A stretch of 64,000 nt of DNA from Felis catus (Eukaryota), in NCBI RefSeq assembly GCF_018350175.1, contig NC_058383.1, forward strand, positions 2,232,001-2,296,000, given 5' to 3'. The position numbers and the translations under genes were made by a program. The notes beneath the pieces are model-generated. The model was not told the DNA's origin. It searched no databases and saw only the letters and a program-made list of their open reading frames with translations. Shown piece after piece: positions 38,174-49,300 of the stretch. Every line of letters begins with the position of its first letter. Within the stretch, counting starts at the first letter, position 1.

Positions 38174-38347
38174 GTGAGTGCAGGGTGCTCAGGGGTGGCT
38201 GCGGGAGGGCGGGCTCGGCCTGAGCACACTGGTTGTTTCCTGTTGGCTTTGGGAACCCAACCACCTAGGCTGCCCTTGGGGAAGGAAGGAAGGAAGGTAC
38301 AAGTTCAGCCCTTGGTCACAGCTGGTCATGGTCGCTTGGACCCCTAG

Positions 38348-38523
38348 GGCAGGCCGGCTTCAGACGCGCACTCCTCGCTTCCGAGGTGCCCGAGCTCACC
38401 GAGCAGCTCCTGCGAGACCCTGAGAGTTACGTCCGTGCGAGTGCAGTGGCCGCCATGGGACAGCTCTCCAGCCAGGGGCTGCGCGTCACCCCCGCCAGCC
38501 CCGAACACCCAGGGGGCCAGCAG
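38348..38523 (+). CDS. BRAT1: BRAT1 coding exon ([17 protein letters not shown]...EHPGGQQ)
   Basis: ccctag|GG CAG ... CAG|gtagga; 176 nt. Confidence 0.94.
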
Positions 38524-38834
38524 GTAGGAGGTGGTGGGTCCCGAGGCCAGGTAGTTCACGTCCGGCCGTTGTCTTCACCCCCAGGGTCCAGTGGGTCACC
38601 ACCCAGTCATGGGTGGTCTGGGGCCAGGGGCCAGTCGGCCGCATCACCTGAATCTCTGGCTCTGCTTCTAAGTACCCCTGTCACTCGGGCGTGGTCACCT
38701 CCCTCTTCGATACGTGAGCGAATGGAGGGCCGCGGGGAAAAGCAGCACTAGCCCCCAGACCCGCCGGAGGTGCTCGTCAGCAGGAGCTCGGGCTTCTGCG
38801 CTCCCCTCCCACCGTCTCTCGCTCTGTCCTTCAG

Positions 38835-39533
38835 AAGAGCCTGCTCGCGGAGCTCCTGCACATCCTGTCCACAGACTCGGAGGGATTCCCCCGGAGGGCT
38901 GTCATGCACGTCTTCACCCAGTGGCTGAGGGACGGGCACGCCGACGTGGCGGGGGACACGGAACGGTTTGTGGCCAGGGTGCTCCAGGTGGCGAGCCAGG
39001 ATCTGGACTGGGAGGTCCGGGCTCAGGGCCTTGAGCTGGCGCTGGTGTTCCTGGAGCAGACGCTGGGCCGACCCAGCTCCCACTGTCCCTATGCCGTGAC
39101 CCCGCCCGTGGCGGCCCCGCCGAGCTCACTGGCCCAGGCCCTGCGGCCACTCTGCCGAGTGCAGCTCTTCGAGTTTGCCTTTCGTGCCTTGTTTGACTGT
39201 GACCGACCCGTGGCTCAGAAGTCCTGTGACCTTCTCCTCTTCCTGAGGGCCCAGACTGCTTCCTACGGCGGCCCGCAGGGGTCCGGGAGTGTCCCTGAGG
39301 TGGCCTCTGTGGAGGCCGCCCTGCAGAGGTGGCAGGCAGGTGATCAGGGCCAGCCGCTGGGGTACCTGGAGCCCGAGGTCGTGGTGGCTGTGCTGAGGTC
39401 TATGGACCTGGAGGGCCTTCGGGGCGCGTTGGCCGAGAGCAGCGACCGCGTAGAAAAGAGCCCTCAGTCGCTCCTGCAGGACGTGCTGGCCACGGTGGGC
39501 GCTCTGGGGGAGGACGAGGCGGACTGCTACTGA
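38835..39533 (+). CDS. BRAT1: BRAT1 last coding exon ([21 protein letters not shown]...GEDEADCY*); total CDS 2472 nt, ~823 aa
   Basis: ttcag|AAG AGC (alternative NAGNAG start 38838); HEAT-like repeats; conserved C-terminal EADCY; all exon phases join without a stop. Confidence 0.97.
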   Translation, partial: KSLLAELLHILSTDSEGFPRRAVMHVFTQWLRDGHADVAGDTERFVARVLQVASQDLDWEVRAQGLELALVFLEQTLGRPSSHCPYAVTPPVAAPPSSLAQALRPLCRVQLFEFAFRALFDCDRPVAQKSCDLLLFLRAQTASYGGPQGSGSVPEVASVEAALQRWQAGDQGQPLGYLEPEVVVAVLRSMDLEGLRGALAESSDRVEKSPQSLLQDVLATVGALGEDEADCY

Positions 39534-39710
39534 GGCAGCCTCCCCGGGCCTCGCCTTAGGGCCCTTCTTCGCGACCCTGTCACCCAGAGAGCTCTAGCCT
39601 GGCCTGGCTGCACGAGGGACCTCTTGGGGAGGCCAGGACCAGGTGAGACCAGCAAGGCTGAAGAGTCCCTTTTGATGTACTATTAAAGAAGAGGCTTATT
39701 TTTTACTCAA

Positions 39711-39716
39711 AATAAA
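39711..39716 (+). terminator. BRAT1 polyadenylation signal AATAAA (ATTAAA also at 39682-39687)
   Basis: ~180 nt after the stop codon, followed by GT-rich sequence. Confidence 0.8.
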
Positions 39717-40249
39717 CGGCGTTTGGTCCCGCCGCTGAGCCGGCCTGTGTTTGGAGGCTGCCCCGGGGTAGGTGCGAGTGCCAGACCCAGGGGGCTTTGG
39801 AGAAGCGACTGAGGAGGGATCTCTTAGCCGGACAGGCGTGTGCTTCACGGGAGTACGTGTTGGGGGTCTCCACTTGGACCCCACTGTGCCCCAGGGGTGC
39901 CCAGGCGTCAGAGAGACAATGGCTTGGGCAGGAGGGCATTCAGCCCTGGGTTCCGGCCCCTCGTGATAGTGACCCCGGGTCGGATCGAGGCCAGGTTCCC
40001 AGCCTCTGAACCCCCGGGATCACTGTCAGGTTGTAGTGATTCAGAGTCTGCTGTCTCTACTGAGCAGGCAGGGAGAGCTGCTGGTGGCGACACCAGGCCA
40101 GTACCCAGGGGGCCACACGGCTGCACCAGTCCTAGCTCTGCCGTCTCTGGGCTGGGTGACCCTGGGCTCGTCACTTCCTCTTAGAACCTGTTTTGTCATC
40201 TGTAAGATGGAGATTCTCCCGTTGGCCTCCCGGTGGTAAGTGTCCCGGT

Positions 40250-41410
40250 GTTCTAAAGCAGCCGGCGTGGTCAAAGAAGACATTGCAGATGGAATTTAGA
40301 AATATTTCCGACGAAATAAAAGTGAAAATACAGCTTATCAAGGTTTGTGGGATGAAGCAGTGCTCAGCCCTCTGAGTTTACAGCATTGACTGCAGAGATT
40401 AGGAAAGAGGGAACATCTAAAATCAACAGGTTTCTACCTTAGGTGACTAGAGGAAGATCCAATTAAGTCTAAAGCAGGAAAATAAAAATTAGAACCAAAA
40501 TCAGTTAAAATTGAGAATGAAGTCAAAAGAAAAATCACCCAAATGAAAAACTGATTATTTGAAGAGATCAGTAAAATTGATAAGCCTCTAGCCAGTCTGA
40601 CTGAAAGAGAGGGGATACAAATCACTAATAGCAGCAATGAAAAGGCCCCTCACTGCAGGTCCCGTGGAAATTGAAAAAATAAAGGAATAGTGAAGGAATA
40701 TTGTGAACAGCTTTGGGCCCACAGGTTGGGTGACCTAGATGAGACAGACCAATTCCTTGCAAGAAACAAGTTGCCAAAAGTCACACAAGAAGAAATGAAC
40801 CTTTAGTTAAGGAAACGAAGTCAATAATTCGTAACTTTCCCAGACAGCACCAGGCCCAGATGCGTGCGCTGGTGAACTCTACCAGAGCCTTGAAGAAGTC
40901 CTTCCCTGCCATCCCTTCCAGAGGGCGGAGCAGAGGGAACGCTTCCTGCTAGTTCTACAAGGCCAGCGTCACCCTGACACCCAAACCAGACATCTTCCAA
41001 GAAAACGCTAGAGACCAGTGTCTCATGAACATAGATGGTGGGTGTCGTCAAAATGTTAGCGAATCGAACCCAACACCGTAGAAGACGAGTTGTGCACCAC
41101 AAGCAGCGGGATTCGTCCCAGGAGTGCAAGGCTGGCTCGGCATTTGAACGTCCGTTCGTGCAAGCCGTCACATCCACAGGCTAATGGAGAAAAATCCCAT
41201 GCTCGTGTCGACAGGTGCAGGAAAAGCATTTGGTAAAACTTTGTCACACCCAGTGTTCACCCCAGAGGTGAAGGCCCCACTGCCTCTGGAAAGCCTGTGC
41301 CCTTCAGAGACGCTGGTGGAGGGAGAGAAACGTGTGTGGACGGCAGGGCGGCCTGTTCTGGGCAGTTCTGTGGAGAGCAGCTGGTGCTGTCTTGGGCAGA
41401 CTTTACGTTC
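40250..41410 (+). mobile_element. Old L1M ORF2 relic, strongly GC-shifted
   Basis: Recognisable L1 ORF2 segments (tttgaagagatcagtaaaattgataagcctctagccagtctgact; ggagtgcaaggctggctc; gcaggaaaagcatttggtaaa). Confidence 0.85.
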
Positions 41411-42261
41411 ATGGTTCGGCCCTGATGGATTCCACCTTTTGCCTCCTTCACCGAGGGACACTGGCCAGGTCCTGGCCCCACCACTACAGGCTGCTGCACC
41501 CCGGGTGGGTCCTCGGACCCCACTGGGTTATAGATGGGCTCCACCAGGCTGTTGAGAGCTGCCAGAGACATGGTGTGTCGTTCACCAAGAAGGTGGTTGA
41601 CATGTTAGCTTCTTGCTTTACTCCGTGTTCTTGACCTGCCGTGTCCCTGCGGTTCTGTGGATTGGCCTGCTCTCCCCCTGCTCTGCCCACGTCCTTCCCC
41701 TGGCTTCACACAGCACCCTCCCGCTGACAAGCTCAGGACTTCTGCCCAGACTTCTCTCTGAGTCCTGAACCTGCACGTCCACTGCCAGCGGGTCGGCTGT
41801 GTCGTGATGGGGCAAGGACACTGCGCTTGTGACATCATGACGCTTCATTGCGTCCACTGCCTGTCTCGTGGGCTCCTGCAGCCAGTTTTTAATGGGTTTC
41901 CTTCCACCCACCTTCCCTGCCTCCAGTCTGTTCTCTTTGGCTGCCAGAGTGATCTGTCTAAACCTGGTCATTGTCCCTTCCCTGCCTAGAAGCTGCCGTG
42001 GCTCCCCATTGCCAGCAGGCTGCACACCAGAGCCTTTGGCGCCCATCAGCCTGTCCAGCACAATGTCTTGCAAAGCCCTACCTTATTCCACACCCTCTAA
42101 CGTCACCAACAGGAGGCTCTAAGGGTCCCCTGGCCGTGGCTAGGTCTCAGGGCCCTCCGTCCAGTTCCGCTTCGGCAGGCGGTCTGCAGCAGGGCCCACG
42201 AGCCTGCATTTTGACACCGCAGGAGAGTCTGGTGATACGAATAGCAGTTTTGGTTAGTCTT

Positions 42262-42464
42262 TTTGTTTGTTTTTAATGTTTATTTTTGAAAGAGAGAGAA
42301 CATGAGCGGGGGAGGGTCAGAGAGAGAGGGAGACACAGAATCCGAAGCAGGCCCCGGGCTCTGAGCTGTCGGCACAGAGCCCGACGGGGCTCGAACTCAC
42401 GAGGTGTGAGATCATGACCTGAGCCGAAGTCTGACACTCAACCGATTGTGCCCCCAGGCGCCCC
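42262..42464 (-). mobile_element. Can-SINE with TSD
   Basis: TSD agttttggttagtctt at 42246-42261 and 42465-42480. Confidence 0.95.
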
Positions 42465-44634
42465 AGTTTTGGTTAGTCTTAAGATGCCATATCTCGGAAT
42501 ACACGGATACCAAGCGTAGACTCTGATCTGGCAGTAACTTTCTTGCAGCTGTTGTCCACGGAGCACGTCCCCCTGTTCCCTGCCTTCCGTGGCCACCGGT
42601 CACTGTCCTCATTGCTGTTGCTGGAGGTAACCCGTCTTTCCTCTCTGGCTGCTCTTAAAATTTCTCTCCTCCGGTTCTCTGCAATTTTACTATGTGTAGG
42701 TGAGGTTTTCTGTTTTTTGTTTGTTTGTTTTTTCCTTGGGACTCACTGGGATTGTTGAATCTGAATTTTTTTCCCATCAGTTCTGGCAGGTTCTCAGCCC
42801 CTGTCCTTTCAGACTTTCAGATACGGTCCTTGATCTTGACTCCATCTCACTCTGTCACTTACCCTAGAGCTCCAGCAAATACCAGATCTCACGGTTTCCT
42901 TCACACATCCTGTGTATTGGTTTCTCTATGTTCCATTCTGTCTGCTTTTTGAAAATTCGTCATCATTTTATATAGCTTCCTGCTGTGTGCTGATATTTTC
43001 AAGCTTTTGTTTCTTCAAACACAGCAAGCTTAGTTGTTTTATAGTCTGTGTCTGCGGTAACACTAGCCACTGATCACGCACCTCCAGACGCCCTGGCCGA
43101 AACTCCTACAAGCTCGTTCATGGCCCACAGAGCGGTGCCCTGCACGCATTTCTCACCTGGCAGCTCCCTCCAAGAGGTGAAATGGGACCTGGGCCCCTTG
43201 TTCTGGTGCCTTCTGCCCATCAGCCCATGGCTCCTAGGGCTCCTGTAGCTTTGGGTCCATGCCAGGCATGCACGTGAGAGCATGAAGGATCAAACAGGAG
43301 GATTGTACAGGTGGGGCCCGGAAGGCACATGTTATTATGCATGTTCCGTGGTCCGGGCTTCAGTCATCTGGAGTCATGTGGCCGAGCCCGACAATGCGGG
43401 ACTTGGGATTGTAGGAAGGCTGAGGGTGAAGGGACCAGCCAGCCGCCATCTTCCACGATGTTAACAGTTCCAGCACCCAAGCCTATCCGGGTGCCTGTGG
43501 CGTATCGCTTCTGCCTGTTCTTGGTCATTCACTGTGCTGATCACTGGCTCTTGAACACTTGTATGTGGGGATTCCTGGAGGCCGAGGATGAAAGGGAGCT
43601 CTCCTAGGGAGGAGTTCGGTGGGGACCTCCCTCAACCCAAGTTCCCTGGTTGAACCAGGGAGCCCCACCCAGGTGATGCGTCCCTGGCCTTGAATCGGTG
43701 CTCTTGACTTCTCAGGAAAATTCTCGTTTTGAGACTGCGTTGCTTAGCACCAGGCCACTCTTGTCTCTGCAGGATAGAGGGGCCGGCCTAATTCAGATTC
43801 ATTACTAAGGAGTGCAGCTCTTCAGATTTACAGCTGAAGATGAGGTGGGTCCTCTGTGATACACCCGACTGTGGTCAGAACTGGCCCTGACTTCTGCCCT
43901 CTGATCCCCATGCGGCCACCCAACAGGTATTGGCGGGTATTGACAAATGCCGGCTGGACAAAAGGATGCCAGCCAATCAGAATGGACATTGGCTGGTACG
44001 TCCAATCAAAGTGCAACAGCTGACCGTCAGCACTGTTGCTGGGCAGATTTCTCTTCCCAGTGGGAGCAGGCTAGCTTATCTGGGCCGCCCATCTCACTTC
44101 AGACAATGAGAGGTGCGGGACAGTGTACTTACCACTCTGTGTAGGAGCACGGAAGTGCTGACCAGCCATCCCAGAGGGACCTTGCTCAGGGAGGGAGGGC
44201 AGATACCCCACAGGGCAGGAGCTCTGAACCACAGTCCTCACTGGACAGAGACAGATCTCTCACCAACTGTGACCCACTAACATGCACTTACCCAGGAAGT
44301 GAAATGTCTCCAAACGGGGGTCCACGGGGAGAAAAGCAGAGCGTGGAAGCTCTGATCCCGCCAGGTTCTGTGGCCATGTCCCGTGCTGCCACAGCCACGG
44401 GTCACCCACCCTCTGGCCTGTAAGCTGGGACCGATAATGCTGCCCTCTGTGTGCTGTGGGCTCCTGGAACACAGATGGGCCCCATACTGTGTCTCCATCC
44501 CTAGGTTCCAGTGGGGTGCTGGCACATAGTAGGTCTGTGCGCAGCCTGCACACCCCGGGTGAGCTTCTGGGCGCTCAGCACCTGCTGATCGCGTGAGATC
44601 GGATGACTATTGGCCAGGGCCCTGGGAAGAGGGC

Positions 44635-45300
44635 GTATCAGCTTCTGCTCTGTAACAAATCGTCTCAGGCCAGTGACTTCAAACAACTGCGTTTCACAGC
44701 GTCTAAAGTCTAGGGGTGCCGGCAACCAGGCAGTGCTGCTTCTCTGGGCTTGCTGTCCTGCATCTAGGGTCAGCAAGTGAGTTGGCTGGGGGCTTGCTGT
44801 TCTAGGGTGGTCTCCACTGGGGTGGCACAGGCCCCCTTTGTTCTCTCACCTTCCAGAAGGCCGGCCCTGGCTCACCTTCCTGCTGCCGCCACAGGCCAAG
44901 AGAACAGGCAGAAGCCCACACCTCCCTCGGGGCCTGAGATCAGAACTGGCATGGTGTCACATCTGTCACTTTTTTTCTTTTTCTTTTGAGACACCGAGTG
45001 AGCACGAGCAGGGGAGGGGCAGAGGGAGATCCCCAAGCAGACTCCTCGCCCAGCGCGGAGCCCCCCACAGGGCTCGATCCCACAACCATGAGATCATGAC
45101 CTGGGCTGAAATTAAGGGTCGGACGCTTAGCCAACTGAGCCCCCCAGGCGCCTCACTTGTGTCACCTCCTATTGGCCAACGCAAGTCATGAGTCAAGCTC
45201 AGATTCGAGGATGGGCTCCAGGCTTCACCTCTTGACAGGAGTTTCTACAAAGCGCACGGGTGGTTCGGAGGGGGGTGGGGAATTGGGGTTTGCAGTTGCT
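44635..45300 (-). mobile_element. MaLR (MLT1-like) LTR relic interrupted by a SINE
   Basis: gtatcagc..ctgctctgtaacaaa...aaacaac start; cctattggccaa.gcaagtca.ga..caagc.caga motif. Confidence 0.55.
44969..45152 (-). mobile_element. Can-SINE
   Basis: Reverse SINE ending ...ctgagcccccaggcgcc. Confidence 0.88.
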
Positions 45301-45724
45301 CTTCCACAGAGGGGGCCCCAGAACACTTGCCCTGTGGGGCCAGGCTCCGGGAGGGTGGGAGGCTGGGCCTTGGTGCCCAGGGAGTTACTGAGCTGCCTAG
45401 GATGGGCCTTCAGCAGGCCAGTGGGGACGACGGTCCGGTCTCAGGCCAGGGCCCGTGAGCCCTTGGTGAGCCAGGCCCCTGCCTGAGGCAGCCAGCATGG
45501 AAGGTTTGTCGAATGACTGGATGACCTAAGTCAGCTCTGGTAGCACGTTCCAAGAGGAAGTCCCGAACCTCCTTCTCAGGGTGCAAGCCTCACTCGGGAC
45601 GGAGGCTCACGGGAGCACACCCTCCGTGGCCTGCCTGGAGCCCGAGGGTGGAGACCTCGAGCCTCATCCCCTCCATGGAGACTGTCTTCGCTGCACTTGT
45701 CTGTTCCCGGCAGAGCCGAGATGT

Positions 45725-45738
45725 GTCGCCATGGAAAC
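45725..45738. promoter_or_regulatory. RFX X-box (GTCGCCATGGAAAC)
   Basis: Canonical-looking X-box in a CpG-enriched patch upstream of a strong splice donor at 46164/46165. Confidence 0.55.
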
Positions 45739-48700
45739 TGCTTGGCAAACACGCCGGCAGGCAGAGGCGGCCAACAGCAGCCCGGGCGCCTGTTGCAGTG
45801 AGGGTGGCGGGGATGGCAGGAGCAAGCGCGCACGCCTGGCTCTGTGTGTGTGACCCGTGGGTGGCGGGGGGGAGAGAGGGCTCTGGGCAGCGGGCGGGGA
45901 GGGCTCTGGGCCCCGGCGGGCACCGTGCCTGTGTGCGAATGGAGGCGGGCGTGTCCACGTGGGGGTGCTCAGGGTACTAGGCACGGGTGGGGTGTGTGCA
46001 GGGACGGGGTTTCCACACTGCCATGTGCGTGGCATCACAGCCACCCCGGCCGGGCGCTCGCTAGGAGCTGAACATCGCGCTGGACACTGACGGGAGCGAG
46101 ACAGAGGTGGCCGCAGCTCCCCAGCCCGTAGCGTCTTTCCGGGCGGAAGACAGCCACTGCCCAGGTGAGTGCGCGTGAGGAGGGCTTGAGGGGAGAAGTA
46201 GTTGTTGGGTGTGAGAGCTAAGTGCGGAGCAGAGGTCTTCCCGCAGACGGGGGCGGACGGGGGCGCAGACGGGGGTGCATGGGGGTGCGGACAGGGGCGG
46301 GTGGGGGCGGGCGGGGGTGTGCAGTGGAAGGCACCGGAGCCGGGACCGGGAGGAAAGGAGGCAGGCAGGAGCAGGTGCAGAGGACAGCCGGGATGGCGGC
46401 CAGAGCTCGCGCCCTACATGGGGTGGGGGGGGGGGCTCCAGCCCCACTGGGGGAACCCTGTTGAGGGGTGCAGTGTGCCTTCTAGGCAAAGGGACGCCAG
46501 AGGTAGAAGGAGGGTGTGTGTCTGGGACAGACAGGCCAGGGGTGGGCTGGCAGCTGCTGAGTGTGGCACAGGGTGGGCGAAGTGGCCCACGGCCTCACGG
46601 GCTGCAGGGGGAAGGCTGGGCTTTAAGAACAAGGTGGGTCCTTGGAAAGCTTCTCTGGGGCGCATGGCTTCGTCCGGCTCTGGGTGTGTGGCTGGGAAGA
46701 GGCCACAGGGCGGCTGGGTGCTCGCCTAAAGGTGAGGTGACTGCGGCCCTGGGGCTGCCGCACCAGGAATCCCCCCCGCCCAGTATACGCTCCGTTCTCT
46801 GCACTGGGACGGGTCGAACCCCACGGCTCCTTGGGCCTCCAGCTCCTGCGGGCTCCCGCGCCCTCCAGGGTGGGCTGGGTGTGCAGCCCACCCGGCGGAC
46901 CCGCCTAGAAGACCCCAGCTGCGGTGGGACTTCCCGGACACCTCGAGCAGCCGGCACCCCACCCTCAGCTGCCTGTGGGCTCTGGGGCTGGGTTGCAGGT
47001 ATGGATGCAGCAGGGGTGCCCCAGCCTAGGAAGCAGGGAGGGCCCTGCAGTGTAACCGCCTCGCCCCACAGCCCTCCCTGCTCGGGGGCGGGAGACGCAG
47101 ATCTGATGGGTCAGGAAGGCCCTGTGACACCGGCTCACTGCGTCCCCCAAGGCTTAGTCGTGCCAGGCTAATTCTGGCCCCGCCTGGGACTCTCCCCCAG
47201 CCACCTTCCCAGACTGACCCCATCCTCTTGTGCTTCCCTGGAGAAGCTTCTGGACCATGGGTTCCGAGGACTCGAACCGGCCACAAAGCCGGGACCCCTC
47301 AGGTAGGCCTCCCACAGGCCTGCCCAGAGCCGCCCACACACCTGGGGTCTGCCCCCACTGGACTCTGGGCCTCCCCGGGTCCCCCCCATAGGGCAAGCGG
47401 GGGCCAGGCACGCACCCGACAGTAGGGTGCAGGAAGGGCCGGCAGGTCCTCTCTGGGAGTGAGGACGTCCCAGATCCTGACGGTGTGGCCTCGGTGGGCC
47501 CCCTGGCGAATCACCAAACCCTAAACCTTTGGGATACCGTGTCCGCCAAAGATGAGTGGTCCGTGAGCGTGGGCTGCCTTGGGGTCTCAGGAGTGCCGTC
47601 AGCCCTCGTGACCACCCGAACGAACTTGGACATCCGGAGGGAAGCAGCCCCTCTGTCCGGAGCCACCCACTGTCATGGCTAGGCACGGGGCAGGCTCGGT
47701 CCCAGAACCACCCCCGCCCCGCCGCCCTGCTCTGGGCCCCTGAGAGTGGGCTGTGCCCGCCGCTGCTGGGGTCCGGGTGCGGGGCTGTGGCTACCTGGAG
47801 CCCAGGTGGGCCACCTCCAGAGTCTGCATGTTGCCCGGGCATGTGGGCTGCTTCCCCAGGAGAGGGCGTGTGTGCCGTCTGGTCCCCTGACCTCACAAGA
47901 CCGGGAGAGGAGGGGGGTGTGCCAGAGAGAGACAAGACACAGGGCGGTCCTCCCGGGCTCCTGGGACCCCCATTCGTGGGGAGGGGCCCCTGCCCCCAGC
48001 AGCAGAGACAGGGCCCTCTGTGTGTGGTGGGGGGGGGGGGGCGGTGACTGAGCTGAGCCCCTCCCCTGGGCCCCAGCCAGACCAGCTGTTCTCTGGGGTG
48101 AATACTGATCAGGAGCGCCGAGGGCGGACCCTTCTGGCAGCCCAGGCTTGCTCTGCCCTGCCCCCCATCCTGCCTCTCATGCCAGGGTCTTCTGTGCCCC
48201 CCATGCCCGAGAGGGCCCTCAGACAGCCCCGGACAGGAGATGAGGGGATGGGGGTCTCTGGGCACGCAGCGCCAGCTGGTACAGGGTGGGCATCTGTTAG
48301 GGCGGTTCCAGGTCTTCGCTTTCCCCCATCCCTCCAGTGAGACACAGAGCAGCTCCAGGAGCATCGTTGAGACAGGAGGCCTGGGGAAACTGAGGCACGG
48401 GCAGGGAGCCCTGCGCCCCAGGGGAGGCCTTGAATCTACGTCCCTGCCCAAATCGAGCAGCCCCCACTGCCTGGGCCTGGGCTCAGGCCTCCCACCTGGA
48501 CGTCACCTGCCTCCCCCTACCGCTCCCAGGTAACCTAGTAAGAGACGTGAGAGCCCCTGCCTGGGCCATCGGCCCCCTTGCCTTTGTTACAAGGGACTTG
48601 ACCACCCCCCCCCCCCCCCCACGTAACCCTGCTTCCCCTCTTGAGCCCTTGACCCCCGCCCGTTCTGCCTTCCAGGTCTGTTCACATCGTCCCTCTGGCC

Positions 48701-48984
48701 GGCAGGACCCGCTTCTCTGCCCCGGGCCCCCTGTCCATGCCCCCTGTGGCCCCTCCCTCCATCCTGTCTCCCCTCGTCTGCTGCCAGTGGACAGAAGGAG
48801 AGCACAGAGAGGCCTAGCATCCTGTCCCCGTGGCCCAGCACGGGGCACACAGCAGGTGTCTGAGCATCTGCTGAATGAATGTTGTAAGGGCCTCCCGAGT
48901 GCCGCGAAGTACCGTGTAGCTCTCCAGTGCTGACAAGCAACCCCAGGAAACGCGGCAGGCGCGGGGGTTCGAGAACAGCAGCGA

Positions 48985-49300
48985 TGGCGTCTCCCAACTC
49001 TGGAGACCAGAAATCCGAATCAAAGTGCCACAGGGCCATGCTCTCTCCAGAGGCGCTAGGGGAGGGTCCTTCCGGCCTCTCCCAGCTCCTGGTGGCCCCA
49101 CCTGCCGTCTCAACTTCCGAGGTCACCTGGCCTCCTCCTGTGTCTTCTACTCTTCTCCCACTTATAAGGACACGTGGCAATGGATTTAGGGCCACTCGGA
49201 TCCAGGATGATCTCATCTTGAGGCTTTTTACCTTAATTACATCTGCAAAGACCTTTATTCCCAATAAGGTCCCATCCCGAGGCCGCAGGTGGGCCGCTAT
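48985..49300 (-). mobile_element. MaLR LTR (MLT1C/D-like)
   Basis: ctggagaccagaaatccgaatcaaagtg...cttataaggacac...tccaggatgatctcatctt...aattacatctgcaaagacc. Confidence 0.75.

Noticed and set aside
47168..48451. 427-aa minus-strand ORF
   Set aside because: GC-rich intergenic sequence, G/P/R-biased, no domain; not TTYH3- or LFNG-like
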